64,000 nt of DNA from assembly GCA_944391475.1 (NCBI GenBank), contig CALXTR010000002.1, positions 67,814 through 131,813 on the forward strand. Reading direction: 5' to 3'. The position numbers and the translations under genes are program-made. A model generated the notes under the pieces. It had not been told where the DNA came from. It did not search any database and saw only the letters and a program-made list of their open reading frames with translations. This DNA comes from an uncultured Alphaproteobacteria bacterium. GTDB lineage: Bacteria; Pseudomonadota; Alphaproteobacteria; RF32; CAG-239. Positions 39,655 through 49,714 of this stretch are shown here, one piece after another (positions within the stretch are counted from its first letter, which is position 1; each line of letters opens with the position of its first letter).

Positions 39655-42138
39655 CTAATATTCGGTTCCAAGCTGAAAACCACTGTCTTCTGAGGTTTCA
39701 AAAACCGTACTTTGGCTATTGATACCATTTTCGCCAGCACTGCTCGCATTATTATCCGTATTTTCACCGATTATTTTTTGTTTATGACGATTAAAGTCAA
39801 AATCGGGTTTTAAGGCCTCGACTATCACCGATTTATCATTCGGAGTGGCCGGAAGTCCGGTTTGATAATTAATCCGAACCAACTTAATTCCCCGCGGAGT
39901 GCGGAACGGAGTATCGGGAGTGCCGACCAGAGCTTTAGCGGCAAAATCATAAAATATCGGCAAAGCGGCACTGGCACCGGTTTCGCGACGACCCAAAGTT
40001 CTTGGCTCATCAAAACCAAGGTAAGTGGCAACAACCAAGTCCGGCGTGAAACCGACAAACCACGCTTCCTTATTTTCATTGGTAGTTCCGGTTTTGCCGC
40101 CTAAGTGGCGTTTGAGACTACGTAACCGGGCGGCGGTTCCACGGGTGGCCACACCTTCTAAGATGCTGGTCATTTGGTAAGCACTTAATGGATCAACAAT
40201 TTGTTCTCTGACATCGTATAACTCGGGAATATCTTGCTGCTGCCAATTGTCTATATTGCAGTCAGGGCAAGCACGGTTATCATGACGGAAAACTGCCTTA
40301 CCATTGCGGTCTTGTATCATCTCAATGAAATATGGGCTGATTTTCTTACCACCATTTACAATCATGGAGTAGCCGGTGGCCATATCAATCAATCTGGTTT
40401 CGCCAGCGCCAAGCGACATGGAGAGTAATTTTGGCAAGTTAGGATTAATACCAAACTTGGCGGCATATTCCGAAACCTTATCCATGCCCACATCTTGTGC
40501 TAAGCGCACGGTCATTAAGTTACGCGATTTTTCAATCCCTTGGCGCAGCGTGGTTAAGCCATAAAAAGTGGTAGAGTAGTTTTTAGGTTTCCATTTTGGC
40601 AGCCCCTCGCCTTGGTCAAGCACGAACGGCGCATCCAAAATCAAATCGGTTGGGGAATAGCCATTATCTAAAGCGGCCATATACACAAAAGGTTTGAAAG
40701 CCGAACCGGTTTGACGTCTCGCCTGAGTAGCGCGATTAAATTGTGATTTAGCAAAATCATATCCTCCGACCAAAGCCAAGACTTTACCAGTATGGGGATC
40801 CATAACAATCAAGCCGCCTTCAACATCGGGAACCTGACGAAGTTCATAGCTATCTTGAGCTAACTTTTTGCTCTTAATGGTTTTCTCAGCAGCTTTTTCA
40901 ACATAAATAACATCACCTGATTTGAGCACTTCTGTAACTGATTTGGGAGCGCCACCAATACCCTGATTTTTTAATACCTTACGAGCCCAATCTAACAATA
41001 CCAGCGGGATTTGACCTTTTTCATTGCTCTCGGTAGTGATATCGGCTTTATCTTTGCTAACAGCAGTTACCACTGCTTTTTCCCAGCCTTCTCGTTTGCC
41101 TTTGGGGAGTTCGGCTTCCTTGAGTGCGCTCATATAATCGCCATCAAGGCTGATACTGCGAGTAGTTCCGCGCCAGCCATGGCGGCGGTCATATTGCAAA
41201 GCCTGATTTTGAAACACATCGGTCGCAATTTCTTGGAGTTTGGGGTCAACCGTGGTACGAATAATCATACCGCCTTCATACAAGGCATCTTCGCCAAAAC
41301 GTCTGGTCACGCGGCGGCGAACTTCTTCGCTGAAATATTGTGCATCTTTAACAAACTCGTTGTTGCGGTCAATGGTAACTAGTGGTTTGTCCTTGGCTAC
41401 TGCCGCTTCATCTGCTGTAATATAACCATCTTCTTGCATGCGGTCTAAAACCCAGTTACGACGCTCAATTGCCCGCTCCATATACTTTTTGGGATTATAG
41501 TTATTGGGACCTTTGGGGAGTGCGGCCAAATAAGCCAGTTCTTCTAGTTCCAATTTATCGAGCGGTTTACCAAAGTAATTAAGTGCGGCAGAAGCAACAC
41601 CATAAGAGCGGTTGCCTAAATATATCTCGTTTAAGTATAATTCCAAAATGTGGTCTTTAGTAAAGGCATCTTCCATGCGGAAAGCGAGCAAGGCCTCTTT
41701 TATTTTACGCTTATAGCTAACTTCTGGCGTAAGCAAAAAGTTTTTGGCAACCTGCTGAGTGATGGTAGAGGCGCCAGATGGACGGCGACCGGAAAACATT
41801 CCGGCCACGTTACCCAAAGCGGCACGGACAATACCCTTATAGTCCAAACCTGAGTGGGTATAGAAGTTTTTATCTTCGGCAGCGATAAAAGCCTGCTTGA
41901 CTTTTTCGGGGATTTTATCAATCGGCACAAAAAAGCGTTTTTCGCTGGCATATTCCATCAGCAATCGACCATCACCTGCATATAATCTGGTGGTGACCTT
42001 CGGCTCATATTTAGCCAATTGTCGATAGTCGGGAAGCATGGCGGAATATTCAAACAAAGTGGTGATAATAACCACAATGATTATTACCGCAAAGAACATT
42101 AATGTGCTCAAAAGCGAAGATAGTGTTTTTAGCATCAA
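39655..42138 (-). CDS. mrcA: Penicillin-binding protein 1A (bifunctional transglycosylase/transpeptidase)
   Basis: N-terminal TM. GT51 motifs (EDKNFYTHSG, RKIKEA) and transpeptidase SxxK (GSAFKP), SxN, KTG. 827 aa. Confidence 0.9.
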   Translation of the reverse strand: MMLKTLSSLLSTLMFFAVIIIVVIITTLFEYSAMLPDYRQLAKYEPKVTTRLYAGDGRLLMEYASEKRFFVPIDKIPEKVKQAFIAAEDKNFYTHSGLDYKGIVRAALGNVAGMFSGRRPSGASTITQQVAKNFLLTPEVSYKRKIKEALLAFRMEDAFTKDHILELYLNEIYLGNRSYGVASAALNYFGKPLDKLELEELAYLAALPKGPNNYNPKKYMERAIERRNWVLDRMQEDGYITADEAAVAKDKPLVTIDRNNEFVKDAQYFSEEVRRRVTRRFGEDALYEGGMIIRTTVDPKLQEIATDVFQNQALQYDRRHGWRGTTRSISLDGDYMSALKEAELPKGKREGWEKAVVTAVSKDKADITTESNEKGQIPLVLLDWARKVLKNQGIGGAPKSVTEVLKSGDVIYVEKAAEKTIKSKKLAQDSYELRQVPDVEGGLIVMDPHTGKVLALVGGYDFAKSQFNRATQARRQTGSAFKPFVYMAALDNGYSPTDLILDAPFVLDQGEGLPKWKPKNYSTTFYGLTTLRQGIEKSRNLMTVRLAQDVGMDKVSEYAAKFGINPNLPKLLSMSLGAGETRLIDMATGYSMIVNGGKKISPYFIEMIQDRNGKAVFRHDNRACPDCNIDNWQQQDIPELYDVREQIVDPLSAYQMTSILEGVATRGTAARLRSLKRHLGGKTGTTNENKEAWFVGFTPDLVVATYLGFDEPRTLGRRETGASAALPIFYDFAAKALVGTPDTPFRTPRGIKLVRINYQTGLPATPNDKSVIVEALKPDFDFNRHKQKIIGENTDNNASSAGENGINSQSTVFETSEDSGFQLGTEY

Positions 42139-42269
42139 AGGTAATCCAAAAAATTAAAATATTGCAATATCTTTGCAAGTTACAATAAATTTATTCTTTT
42201 TTAAAGCACGATTTTATTTATCCCCTCGCGGAGGAGCCCAAAAATTCATCAAAAAAAATTGCAAAATGT

Positions 42270-43505
42270 TTAGAACAGGCTGGCGTGTTGCATATTTTCA
42301 AAATAGCGGTCAATGGCGGCGCTGGCAGATTTAGCCAGTTTGCGACGATAACTTGCCTGACGCAACAATTTTTCTTCAGTACGATTAGAAAGGTATCCCA
42401 TTTCCAACAAGACTGCGGGAACATCGGGCGCTTTTAACACCGCAAAACCGGCAAAACGGTGGGTATTATCCAACAACTTAACTGATTTGCGCATTTCTTG
42501 GACCATAAAATTGGCAAATTCAGAAGAACGGTTCATGGTTTCGCGCTGGGCTAAGTTAATCAGAATATCGGACACTTCTTTGGAATGTTCGGCAAAGTTA
42601 AGACCGGCAATTACATCGGCCTTATTTTCTCTTTCGGCCAAGGCCGCGGCCTCTTTGTCGGAAGCGGTTTCAGACAAAGTATAAACAGACAAACCTTTTG
42701 CATTCTTATTTAAGGCGCTATCAGCATGGATAGACAAGAACAAATCGGCCTTATAGCGGCGAGCAATTTTCACTCTCTCGCGCAAGGGGATAAAGACATC
42801 GCGGTTGCGAGTGAGATACACCTTATAATCACCATCTTTTTCCAAAATCTTTTTTAATTCTTTGGCCATGGCTAAAGTGATGTTTTTCTCATACACGCCA
42901 CTTACACCAATTGCTCCGGGATCTTGACCACCATGACCGGGGTCAAGCACGATTATTCTCTTAGAATTACTCTTTGAAACTGCAGAACTCTTAGAGGCGG
43001 TTTTGGTAGATTTTTTGCCCGAATCTTGAATAAAAGCGTGTTGGTTACCAATATGCGCAGCAAACTCTCTTTCGGAAGAAACCTCCATATCAATCACAAA
43101 GCGCCAACCAAAACTGCTTTGCGGAGGAAGCATAAATACTTTTTTGACAATAGCGGGTTGTTTCAAATCAAAAGCAATTCTGGCATCACCATCTGGGGTT
43201 TTGCCGACCCGAATATTGGACAACACATTATTTTTATCTACATTTCTTTCAATTTGAGAACGAACATTCGAATCCTTAACATCAACAACCAAGCGCTTGG
43301 GGTTGCTCAACAAAAACACATTATAGTCAAACTTCGAATCGGCATCAAAAACCAAGCGGACGCTTCCAACTCCTTGACCAATACGCAAGGCACTGATATT
43401 GCCAGCAAAGGCATTGGCGCTAAAAAACAAGCCACAACAAACCATCAGCAGTGCCAAAAAGCACAACCGCAGAGACCGCCATATGTTTACCAATGTCCTT
43501 CTCAT
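42270..43505 (-). CDS. amiC: N-acetylmuramoyl-L-alanine amidase (AMIN domain plus Amidase_3), AmiC-like
   Basis: Signal peptide. N-terminal AMIN-like beta domain. C-terminal VLDPGHGGQDPGA ... amidase_3 motifs. Confidence 0.8.
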   Translation of the reverse strand: MRRTLVNIWRSLRLCFLALLMVCCGLFFSANAFAGNISALRIGQGVGSVRLVFDADSKFDYNVFLLSNPKRLVVDVKDSNVRSQIERNVDKNNVLSNIRVGKTPDGDARIAFDLKQPAIVKKVFMLPPQSSFGWRFVIDMEVSSEREFAAHIGNQHAFIQDSGKKSTKTASKSSAVSKSNSKRIIVLDPGHGGQDPGAIGVSGVYEKNITLAMAKELKKILEKDGDYKVYLTRNRDVFIPLRERVKIARRYKADLFLSIHADSALNKNAKGLSVYTLSETASDKEAAALAERENKADVIAGLNFAEHSKEVSDILINLAQRETMNRSSEFANFMVQEMRKSVKLLDNTHRFAGFAVLKAPDVPAVLLEMGYLSNRTEEKLLRQASYRRKLAKSASAAIDRYFENMQHASLF

Positions 43506-43995
43506 CGTCTCTTTATTTGTATTTTTGCTATTTTTTTTAGTATAACCGCTTTATATTACCAATCAGTTAAAAACACCAGCAAAAAACTTAGCTGATTGTT
43601 AATTTTTGTTGTTGTGTTTCTAAAACAAATCGTATATCTTGTTTTTTGGTGAGATGTGTTTTTACCGAACTTGGGTCTTTTTACAGATTAATTGATACTT
43701 TTGCAAGACCTATTTTTTGGTACCGCCGTTTTATCATTACGAAAAGCGTGCTCCATCTGACCAGAGAAAAAAGTTTTGTCGGGTTTAGACGCAGTGTCAA
43801 CCGAAGCGGAGCATTAAAATAAGACTTCATCGGCTGAAAGCTGCGGAAAAGAGATTTTATTTGGCCGAGATGAGTTCTCGGTATGTCGTTAGTCTTTTGC
43901 GGCTTATCGGCGCTTTTCTATATTTAATCTTGTAATTTAGCCCGGCGTAGTGTTTTTTGCTGCAAGTATTTTGCAGCTGCTGGGAGTTTATATTT
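43506..43995 (+). promoter_or_regulatory. Long structured 5' leader of rne (putative autoregulatory RNase E leader)
   Basis: About 490 nt non-coding with several hairpins (CCGAGATGAGTTCTCGG, GCTGCAAGTATTTTGCAGC). Extended rne leaders are used for autoregulation in many proteobacteria. Confidence 0.4.
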
Positions 43996-46533
43996 ATGAC
44001 TAAAAGAATGTTAATTGATGACACCCACAGCGAAGAAACTCGTGTGGTGGTCCTAAACGGCAATAAGCTTGAAGATGTGGAATTTGAAACTTGCAGCCGT
44101 CGCCAAATTAAAGGCAATATCTATCTTGGAAAAGTTATGCGGGTTGAACCTTCTTTGCAGGCCTGCTTTGTGGATTATGGCGGGAACAAACACGGCTTTC
44201 TGGCTTTTGGCGAAATTCATCCCGACTATTATAATGTCAGTGCCGAAGAAATTGCTGCCGTTGACAAAGAAGTTGATGAAATTATCGAAGCTAAAAAGCA
44301 AGCTATTAAAGAACGTGAGGCCGAAAGAGAAAGAATCCGAGCTGAGCGTGCTTTAGCACGAGCTGAAGCAGAGCGTCAAAAAGCCGAAGCTGCTGTTTTG
44401 GCTGCTCAACAGGCTGAGAGCCAAGTTACTGAACAAACAACCAAATCTCAAGAAGATAACGAAGCTGAAACAACCTCAAGTCAAGAGCAAGATGTCGAAA
44501 CCGTAGCCCAAGACATTAAGACTGAAGAGGTCGAATCGGCAGTGCAAGAACAAACTACCGTGGCTGAAGAAACAGCTCCTGCTCCACTTGAAGAAGAAAA
44601 AATCAGCGATGCCGAATTGGAAGAAGCTGCTGAAGCTGCTCACACCAAAAAACGCATTTTGAAAAAACGTATCCGCAAGCAAAAAGAAAAATCTGTAGCC
44701 GAAAAATTAACCGTTATGAAAGAAGCTGCCGGAACTGAAGATGAATGCATTTCCGAAGAAGTGGCGCAAGCTCCTATTTCGGTTAATGGTGAAGATGAAA
44801 TTGACAGCGATGACGATGATGATGATCAGGAATATGATTTTGAATTGCAACGCAAGTTGCTTAAAGCTCGTAAGCTCTATCATCGCAGCCGTATTCAAGA
44901 TGTAATTAAAGAAGGACAAATCCTGCTTATTCAAATTGTCAAAGAAGAAAGAGGCAACAAAGGTGCCGCTCTCACAACTTATCTTTCTTTGGCAGGGCGT
45001 TACTGCGTGCTTATGCCTAACCGCATCAAAAGCGGCGGTGTTTCTCGCAAGATTACCAATGCATCTGACCGCAAACGTCTGAAAGGAATCGTTCGCGAGC
45101 TGCCGCTTACTTCGGATATGTCCATCATTGTTCGAACCGCCGGTGAAGAAAAAACTAAATCCGACATTGTTCGCGACTACAACTATCTTATCCGTAGCTG
45201 GAACCAAATTCGTTTGGCAGCACTCAGCAACAAAGCTCCTACCCTCATTCACGAAGAAGGCAATCTGATTAAACGAGCTTTGCGCGATATCTACACCAAA
45301 GAAGTATCTGAGATTTTGGTTGATGGAGAAAATGCTTACAAAATGGCTCGCGACTTTTTCAAAATCTTGTCGCCACACAGCCTCAAAAAAATCAAGCTCT
45401 ACAAAAACAAAGATATGCCTTTGTTCCAGCGCTTCCAAGTGGAGAGCCAACTTGACAAGCTCCATGAGGCTAACGCTCAGCTTGATTCCGGGGGATATCT
45501 GGTGATTAACCCAACCGAAGCTCTGGTTGCAATTGATGTTAACTCCGGACGCGCCACCAAAGAAAAAGATTTGGAAGAAACCGCGCTTAAAACCAATTTG
45601 GAAGCTTGCGATGAGATTGCTCGCCAGTTGAGAATGCGCAACCTCGCAGGCCTTGTGGTTATTGACTTTATTGACATGGACGAACCGGCTAACAACCACG
45701 CTGTGGAACGCCGCATGAAAGAAGCTCTCAAACGTGATCGTTCACGCGTACAAGTCGGCAAAATGAGCTGCTTTGGCTTGCTCGAAATTTCTCGCCAAAG
45801 AATGCACTCCTCCTTTATGGAGAGCAACTATGTGGTTTGCCCGCACTGTCATGGTCAAGGTGTGGTTCGAACCGTAGAATCGGGTGCTGTTCTGGTTTTG
45901 CGTGGAATTGAAGAAGAAGGTATTAAAAATCGCTCTTCGCAACTCAATGTCTTCGTGCCAACCGATGTGGCCATTTATCTGTTGAACCAAAAACGTCAAA
46001 ACATGGTTGAGCTCGAACAAAAATATAAAATGAGCGTAATTGTGTCAGCCGATGATTCAATTCAAAACATTAATGATTATCGGATTGAGCGCATTAAAGC
46101 TCCTAAAGTTCAACCTCAAGAAAAGAAAGCGGCCGACGAAGCATTCTGTGAGCAACCATCTGAGCCTGAAACACAGGATAAGATGGTTGTAGCCGATGAA
46201 GAAATTTGTGCAACCGAAGCTGACATCACTCCGACTACCGAAGAAAGCGATGAAAACAATAATAACGGTCGTCGTAATCGTCGTGACCGCAATATGCGGG
46301 GTCGTCGTGACCGCGGACGCAGAGGACGCTCTCGTAATAGACGTGAGGCTGTAAGCGGTGAGGACATATCCCCTACTACAGATAATGCACCTGTAAAAAA
46401 AGAGAAACAAGAGCCAGTTATTTTGTATAACAGCCATGGTAACACTGCTCCTAATCCGCAAGAAACTCCGGCGGCTCAAGAGCAGGCTCCAAAGGAGAAA
46501 TCGACTTGGTGGAAAAAACTCATCAAAGGATAG
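43996..46533 (+). CDS. rne: Ribonuclease E
   Basis: MTKRMLIDD... S1 domain, DNase I-like catalytic region (GGYLVINPTEALVAIDVNSG), Zn-link CPxCxGxG, acidic and Arg-rich C-terminal tail (RRNRRDRNMRGRRDRGRRGRSRNRR). Confidence 0.9.
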   Translation: MTKRMLIDDTHSEETRVVVLNGNKLEDVEFETCSRRQIKGNIYLGKVMRVEPSLQACFVDYGGNKHGFLAFGEIHPDYYNVSAEEIAAVDKEVDEIIEAKKQAIKEREAERERIRAERALARAEAERQKAEAAVLAAQQAESQVTEQTTKSQEDNEAETTSSQEQDVETVAQDIKTEEVESAVQEQTTVAEETAPAPLEEEKISDAELEEAAEAAHTKKRILKKRIRKQKEKSVAEKLTVMKEAAGTEDECISEEVAQAPISVNGEDEIDSDDDDDDQEYDFELQRKLLKARKLYHRSRIQDVIKEGQILLIQIVKEERGNKGAALTTYLSLAGRYCVLMPNRIKSGGVSRKITNASDRKRLKGIVRELPLTSDMSIIVRTAGEEKTKSDIVRDYNYLIRSWNQIRLAALSNKAPTLIHEEGNLIKRALRDIYTKEVSEILVDGENAYKMARDFFKILSPHSLKKIKLYKNKDMPLFQRFQVESQLDKLHEANAQLDSGGYLVINPTEALVAIDVNSGRATKEKDLEETALKTNLEACDEIARQLRMRNLAGLVVIDFIDMDEPANNHAVERRMKEALKRDRSRVQVGKMSCFGLLEISRQRMHSSFMESNYVVCPHCHGQGVVRTVESGAVLVLRGIEEEGIKNRSSQLNVFVPTDVAIYLLNQKRQNMVELEQKYKMSVIVSADDSIQNINDYRIERIKAPKVQPQEKKAADEAFCEQPSEPETQDKMVVADEEICATEADITPTTEESDENNNNGRRNRRDRNMRGRRDRGRRGRSRNRREAVSGEDISPTTDNAPVKKEKQEPVILYNSHGNTAPNPQETPAAQEQAPKEKSTWWKKLIKG

Positions 46534-46577
46534 GTCTTATCCTCCGACAAAAATTAAAGAGGCTGGTGAGCAGTGTA

Positions 46578-47888
46578 ATGCTGCTCTCAGCCTTTTTGGC
46601 TTTTAGCCCACAAGCCGCCCAAGCCATAACCCTAATTTCAGATGAAGAAACTGAACAATTACTTTATAATATTGCGCTACCATTTTATAAAAACGCTAAT
46701 ATTCCGCTTAAGCCTAACAGTATTTATATTGTTCAGGACAACACGCTTAATGCCTTTGTGGCTGATGGCAATAACCTATTTATCCATACCGGCACTATTG
46801 TTTCGGCCTCAAGCAGCAATGAGCTCGCCGGAGTGATTGCCCATGAAATCGGACATATTGCCGGTGGTCATATCTTGCGAGGCAAGCTACAAGCCGAAGA
46901 ACTCCAACAAGTCGGGTTAGCCTCGCTGATTTTGGCCAGTGCGGCAGCGGTTACCAGTGGTCGTGGTGATGCGGCGATGGCCATTGCTTTAGGCGGACAA
47001 TCAACCATGTTGCATGGCTTTACATCTTTTCGGACCGATCAAGAGCGCAGTGCCGATGAGGCGGCAGTTAAATATTTGCAAGAAACTAACCAATCTCCAC
47101 GCGGTATGCTCAATTTTATGAAAAAAATTCAGACTTCCAACCGCTTGAGTGGAATTGAGGAATCGCCTTATTTTCGGACTCATCCGGTTACTCGCGAGCG
47201 CATCTCTTTTTTGGAGCAAGCCGCACGCGAAAGCAAAGTCCCTACCCCTTCTTCTAACGATGAAGCTTTTAAGCGGGTTCGTGCCAAGTTAATCGGCTTC
47301 TTAAATGAGCCGGACGACACTTATCGCCAATTTCCGAGTAGTGATACTTCCATAGCGGCACGTTATGCCAGAGCAATTGCTGATTTTAAGGCTCTTAATC
47401 TGCCCAAAGCCCTCAAAGGGATTAGCTCCTTAATCGACAGCGAACCTGACAATCCATATTTTCGGGAGCTAAAAGCGCAAATGTATATGGAAACCGGAAA
47501 AACCCAAGCCGCTGAGCAAGAATATGCCAAAGCGCTGCAGCTACGCCCAAAATCGGCCTTATTCCAAATCAGCTGGGCACAAGCGGCGATGGAAAATAAT
47601 CCCAACTCAGCCAAACTACAAAACATTATCAATCGGCTCAACCAAGCGGTTATCCATTATCCTGACCCGTTAGCATGGCTACTACTTTCGCGGGCTTATG
47701 ACGCCAAAGGCGAGCGCGCCTACTCAGATTATGCGGCGGCGGAATATAGTCTTGGTATTGGGGCAGTAAAAATTGCTCAACAGCAAATTCTTCGCGCGCA
47801 AAAAGCGCCCAATCTTTCCCCTCAACTAAAGCTAAAGATTGATGATTTGCACAAACGAATCAGCACTATCTTAAAGAAAAACAGCTAG
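46578..47888 (+). CDS. M48-family zinc metalloprotease with C-terminal TPR region (BepA/YfgC-like). Start uncertain (TTG 46506, GTG 46572 or ATG 46578)
   Basis: HEIGHIAGGH (HExxH) motif with a downstream E. Signal peptide ...SPQAAQA. TPR-like C-terminus. Confidence 0.75.
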   Translation: MLLSAFLAFSPQAAQAITLISDEETEQLLYNIALPFYKNANIPLKPNSIYIVQDNTLNAFVADGNNLFIHTGTIVSASSSNELAGVIAHEIGHIAGGHILRGKLQAEELQQVGLASLILASAAAVTSGRGDAAMAIALGGQSTMLHGFTSFRTDQERSADEAAVKYLQETNQSPRGMLNFMKKIQTSNRLSGIEESPYFRTHPVTRERISFLEQAARESKVPTPSSNDEAFKRVRAKLIGFLNEPDDTYRQFPSSDTSIAARYARAIADFKALNLPKALKGISSLIDSEPDNPYFRELKAQMYMETGKTQAAEQEYAKALQLRPKSALFQISWAQAAMENNPNSAKLQNIINRLNQAVIHYPDPLAWLLLSRAYDAKGERAYSDYAAAEYSLGIGAVKIAQQQILRAQKAPNLSPQLKLKIDDLHKRISTILKKNS

Positions 47889-47913
47889 CCCTTTTTCTAA
47901 CCTTTTAATAAAT

Positions 47914-48318
47914 CTAATTATCCTTCACCGGTAAGGGCAAATTTTGCAGGGCATCGCGTATTGGAATATCGGCCGGAGAAAACTCATATTGCCCCAGCTC
48001 ATTTGGTGTTACCCAAGCTAAGCGATCGTGGTCGCTATGAAAACTAATATCCTCACTCTTGCAATAGGCATAGTAAGCGTGCAGGCATACGGCGCCTTGG
48101 GCATATTCATAAGTGCTTTGCATGAAAAAGCTGCCAACCTCAATATCTAAGTGCAGTTCCTCGGCAATTTCGCGGCGGAGGCATTCGGGCATGGTTTCAC
48201 CGGGTTCTTGCTTGCCGCCGGGGAACTCCCACAGCTCGGCATTGGACTTATTATGATTGCGGCGCGCTATCAGAATTTTATTATTGCAGATAATTATTCC
48301 GGCAGAAACTTGTTTCAT
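47914..48318 (-). CDS. Nudix hydrolase (MutT/8-oxo-dGTP diphosphatase-like)
   Basis: Nudix box GGKQEPGETMPECLRREIAEELHL. 134 aa. Confidence 0.8.
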   Translation of the reverse strand: MKQVSAGIIICNNKILIARRNHNKSNAELWEFPGGKQEPGETMPECLRREIAEELHLDIEVGSFFMQSTYEYAQGAVCLHAYYAYCKSEDISFHSDHDRLAWVTPNELGQYEFSPADIPIRDALQNLPLPVKDN

Positions 48319-48394
48319 TTAACCTCTCCTTAACTTAATAATGGCAGAGTAGGCTATTATATGACCCAAAGCAAGTGTTTTTCGGGATATTGAG

Positions 48395-49714
48395 ATGTCT
48401 AACTTAATAAATTTCTTAAATATACTTAAAAATGTGATTTCGCCGCTAACCGCGTTTTTTGCCGGAACGGCTTTGGCTTGTTGTGCTTATGCGCTACTGA
48501 CCTCGACTTTGGGTTTGCGAATGGCTGAAAACGGAGTTTCGACCTTTGCGGCAGGTATTGTGCTCTCGCTTTATTATGCCGGTTATATCATTGCCTCCAA
48601 AACCTCGAATCACATCATTAATCGAGTAGGTCATATTCGCTCATTTTCGGCATATATTTCCATTTTCTCGGCTTTAGTATTGCTGCATTATTTCTCGGTT
48701 AACCCGATTTACTGGGGCGTGTTGCGCTTGCTCGAGGGATATTGCATGGGCTCGAGTTTTATGTGTTTGGAAAGTTGGCTCAACACTCGTGCCAATAACA
48801 AAAATCGCGGCCTATTAATGTCATTATACATGATTACTTCTTATCTCGGTGCCAGTAGCGGTCAGTTGCTCCTCAATATTCCCGATCCAAACGGAATTGT
48901 GATTTATATTGTGGTATCGGTGATTTTTTCCTTGGCTCTAGTCCCGATTTCGCTCACCGCGCTCCCCTCGCCTAATATTTTGGCACACAAAAGCATGTCG
49001 CTGTTTAAGCTATATAAAATTTCTCCGGTGGGAGTGGTTGGCTGTCTTTGCAGCGGAATTTTTGTAGGTGCGTTCTACTCTCTGGGCGCGATTTATGCTC
49101 ACCTTATCGGGTTTGATATTGAAATGACCTCGTTGTTTATGTTCTTTGGGGTTTTGGGCGGCTTACTTATCCAATTTCCTATCGGTAAACTTTCAGATTT
49201 GTGCGACCGCCGCTATGTGATGATGTGGATTGCCGGAGTTTTGTTTTTTATTGCGCCGTGGGTACATTTTTTGGTCGACAATGGCGTTTGGCAACTGGCA
49301 ATCGGCGCACTACTCCTGGGCTCGGGAACTTTTATTCTTTATCCGATTTCGGTTTCGCACGTTAATGATTTGATTGAAGATGACGACAGGGTCAATGCCG
49401 CAGGAATGATGATTATGCTCCAAAGTATCGGAATGATTTTGGGCCCGGTGGCAATTTCTTATTTGATGCAAATCGGCGGGGCAATCTGCTTTGTGTTGGC
49501 TTACTCCATTGTGACGGCTTTCTTTGTAATCTTTACACTCAAGCACATTACCTTTAAGCCAGATATCAACTATCTAAACGTTACCCCAACTAACCCAATG
49601 CCGATTGATACGACCCATGCTTTTCATCAGCTGTCTCAAGATGATGAACTTTCTACTTACTCAAAAATCAGGAAAGCAATTTTGCAACGCCTTAAGCGCT
49701 CAGCAAAACCTTAG
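48395..49714 (+). CDS. MFS transporter
   Basis: 12 predicted TM helices, 439 aa. Motif-A-like region between TM2 and TM3. Confidence 0.7.
   Translation: MSNLINFLNILKNVISPLTAFFAGTALACCAYALLTSTLGLRMAENGVSTFAAGIVLSLYYAGYIIASKTSNHIINRVGHIRSFSAYISIFSALVLLHYFSVNPIYWGVLRLLEGYCMGSSFMCLESWLNTRANNKNRGLLMSLYMITSYLGASSGQLLLNIPDPNGIVIYIVVSVIFSLALVPISLTALPSPNILAHKSMSLFKLYKISPVGVVGCLCSGIFVGAFYSLGAIYAHLIGFDIEMTSLFMFFGVLGGLLIQFPIGKLSDLCDRRYVMMWIAGVLFFIAPWVHFLVDNGVWQLAIGALLLGSGTFILYPISVSHVNDLIEDDDRVNAAGMMIMLQSIGMILGPVAISYLMQIGGAICFVLAYSIVTAFFVIFTLKHITFKPDINYLNVTPTNPMPIDTTHAFHQLSQDDELSTYSKIRKAILQRLKRSAKP

Noticed and set aside
42139-42269. 68-aa ORF 42218-42424 overlapping the amiC 3' end
   Set aside because: Antisense to or overlapping a well-supported amidase gene. 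No motifs.
43957-43995. Extended rne start (MLQVFCSCWEFIF…)
   Set aside because: RNase E N-termini begin M(T)KRMLI. The upstream extension lies in hairpin-rich leader sequence without an SD.
44707-46479. Long antisense ORFs (330 aa, 140 aa, 109 aa) opposite rne
   Set aside because: Complement-strand artefacts of the GAA/GAT-rich rne C-terminal region. Low-complexity translations.
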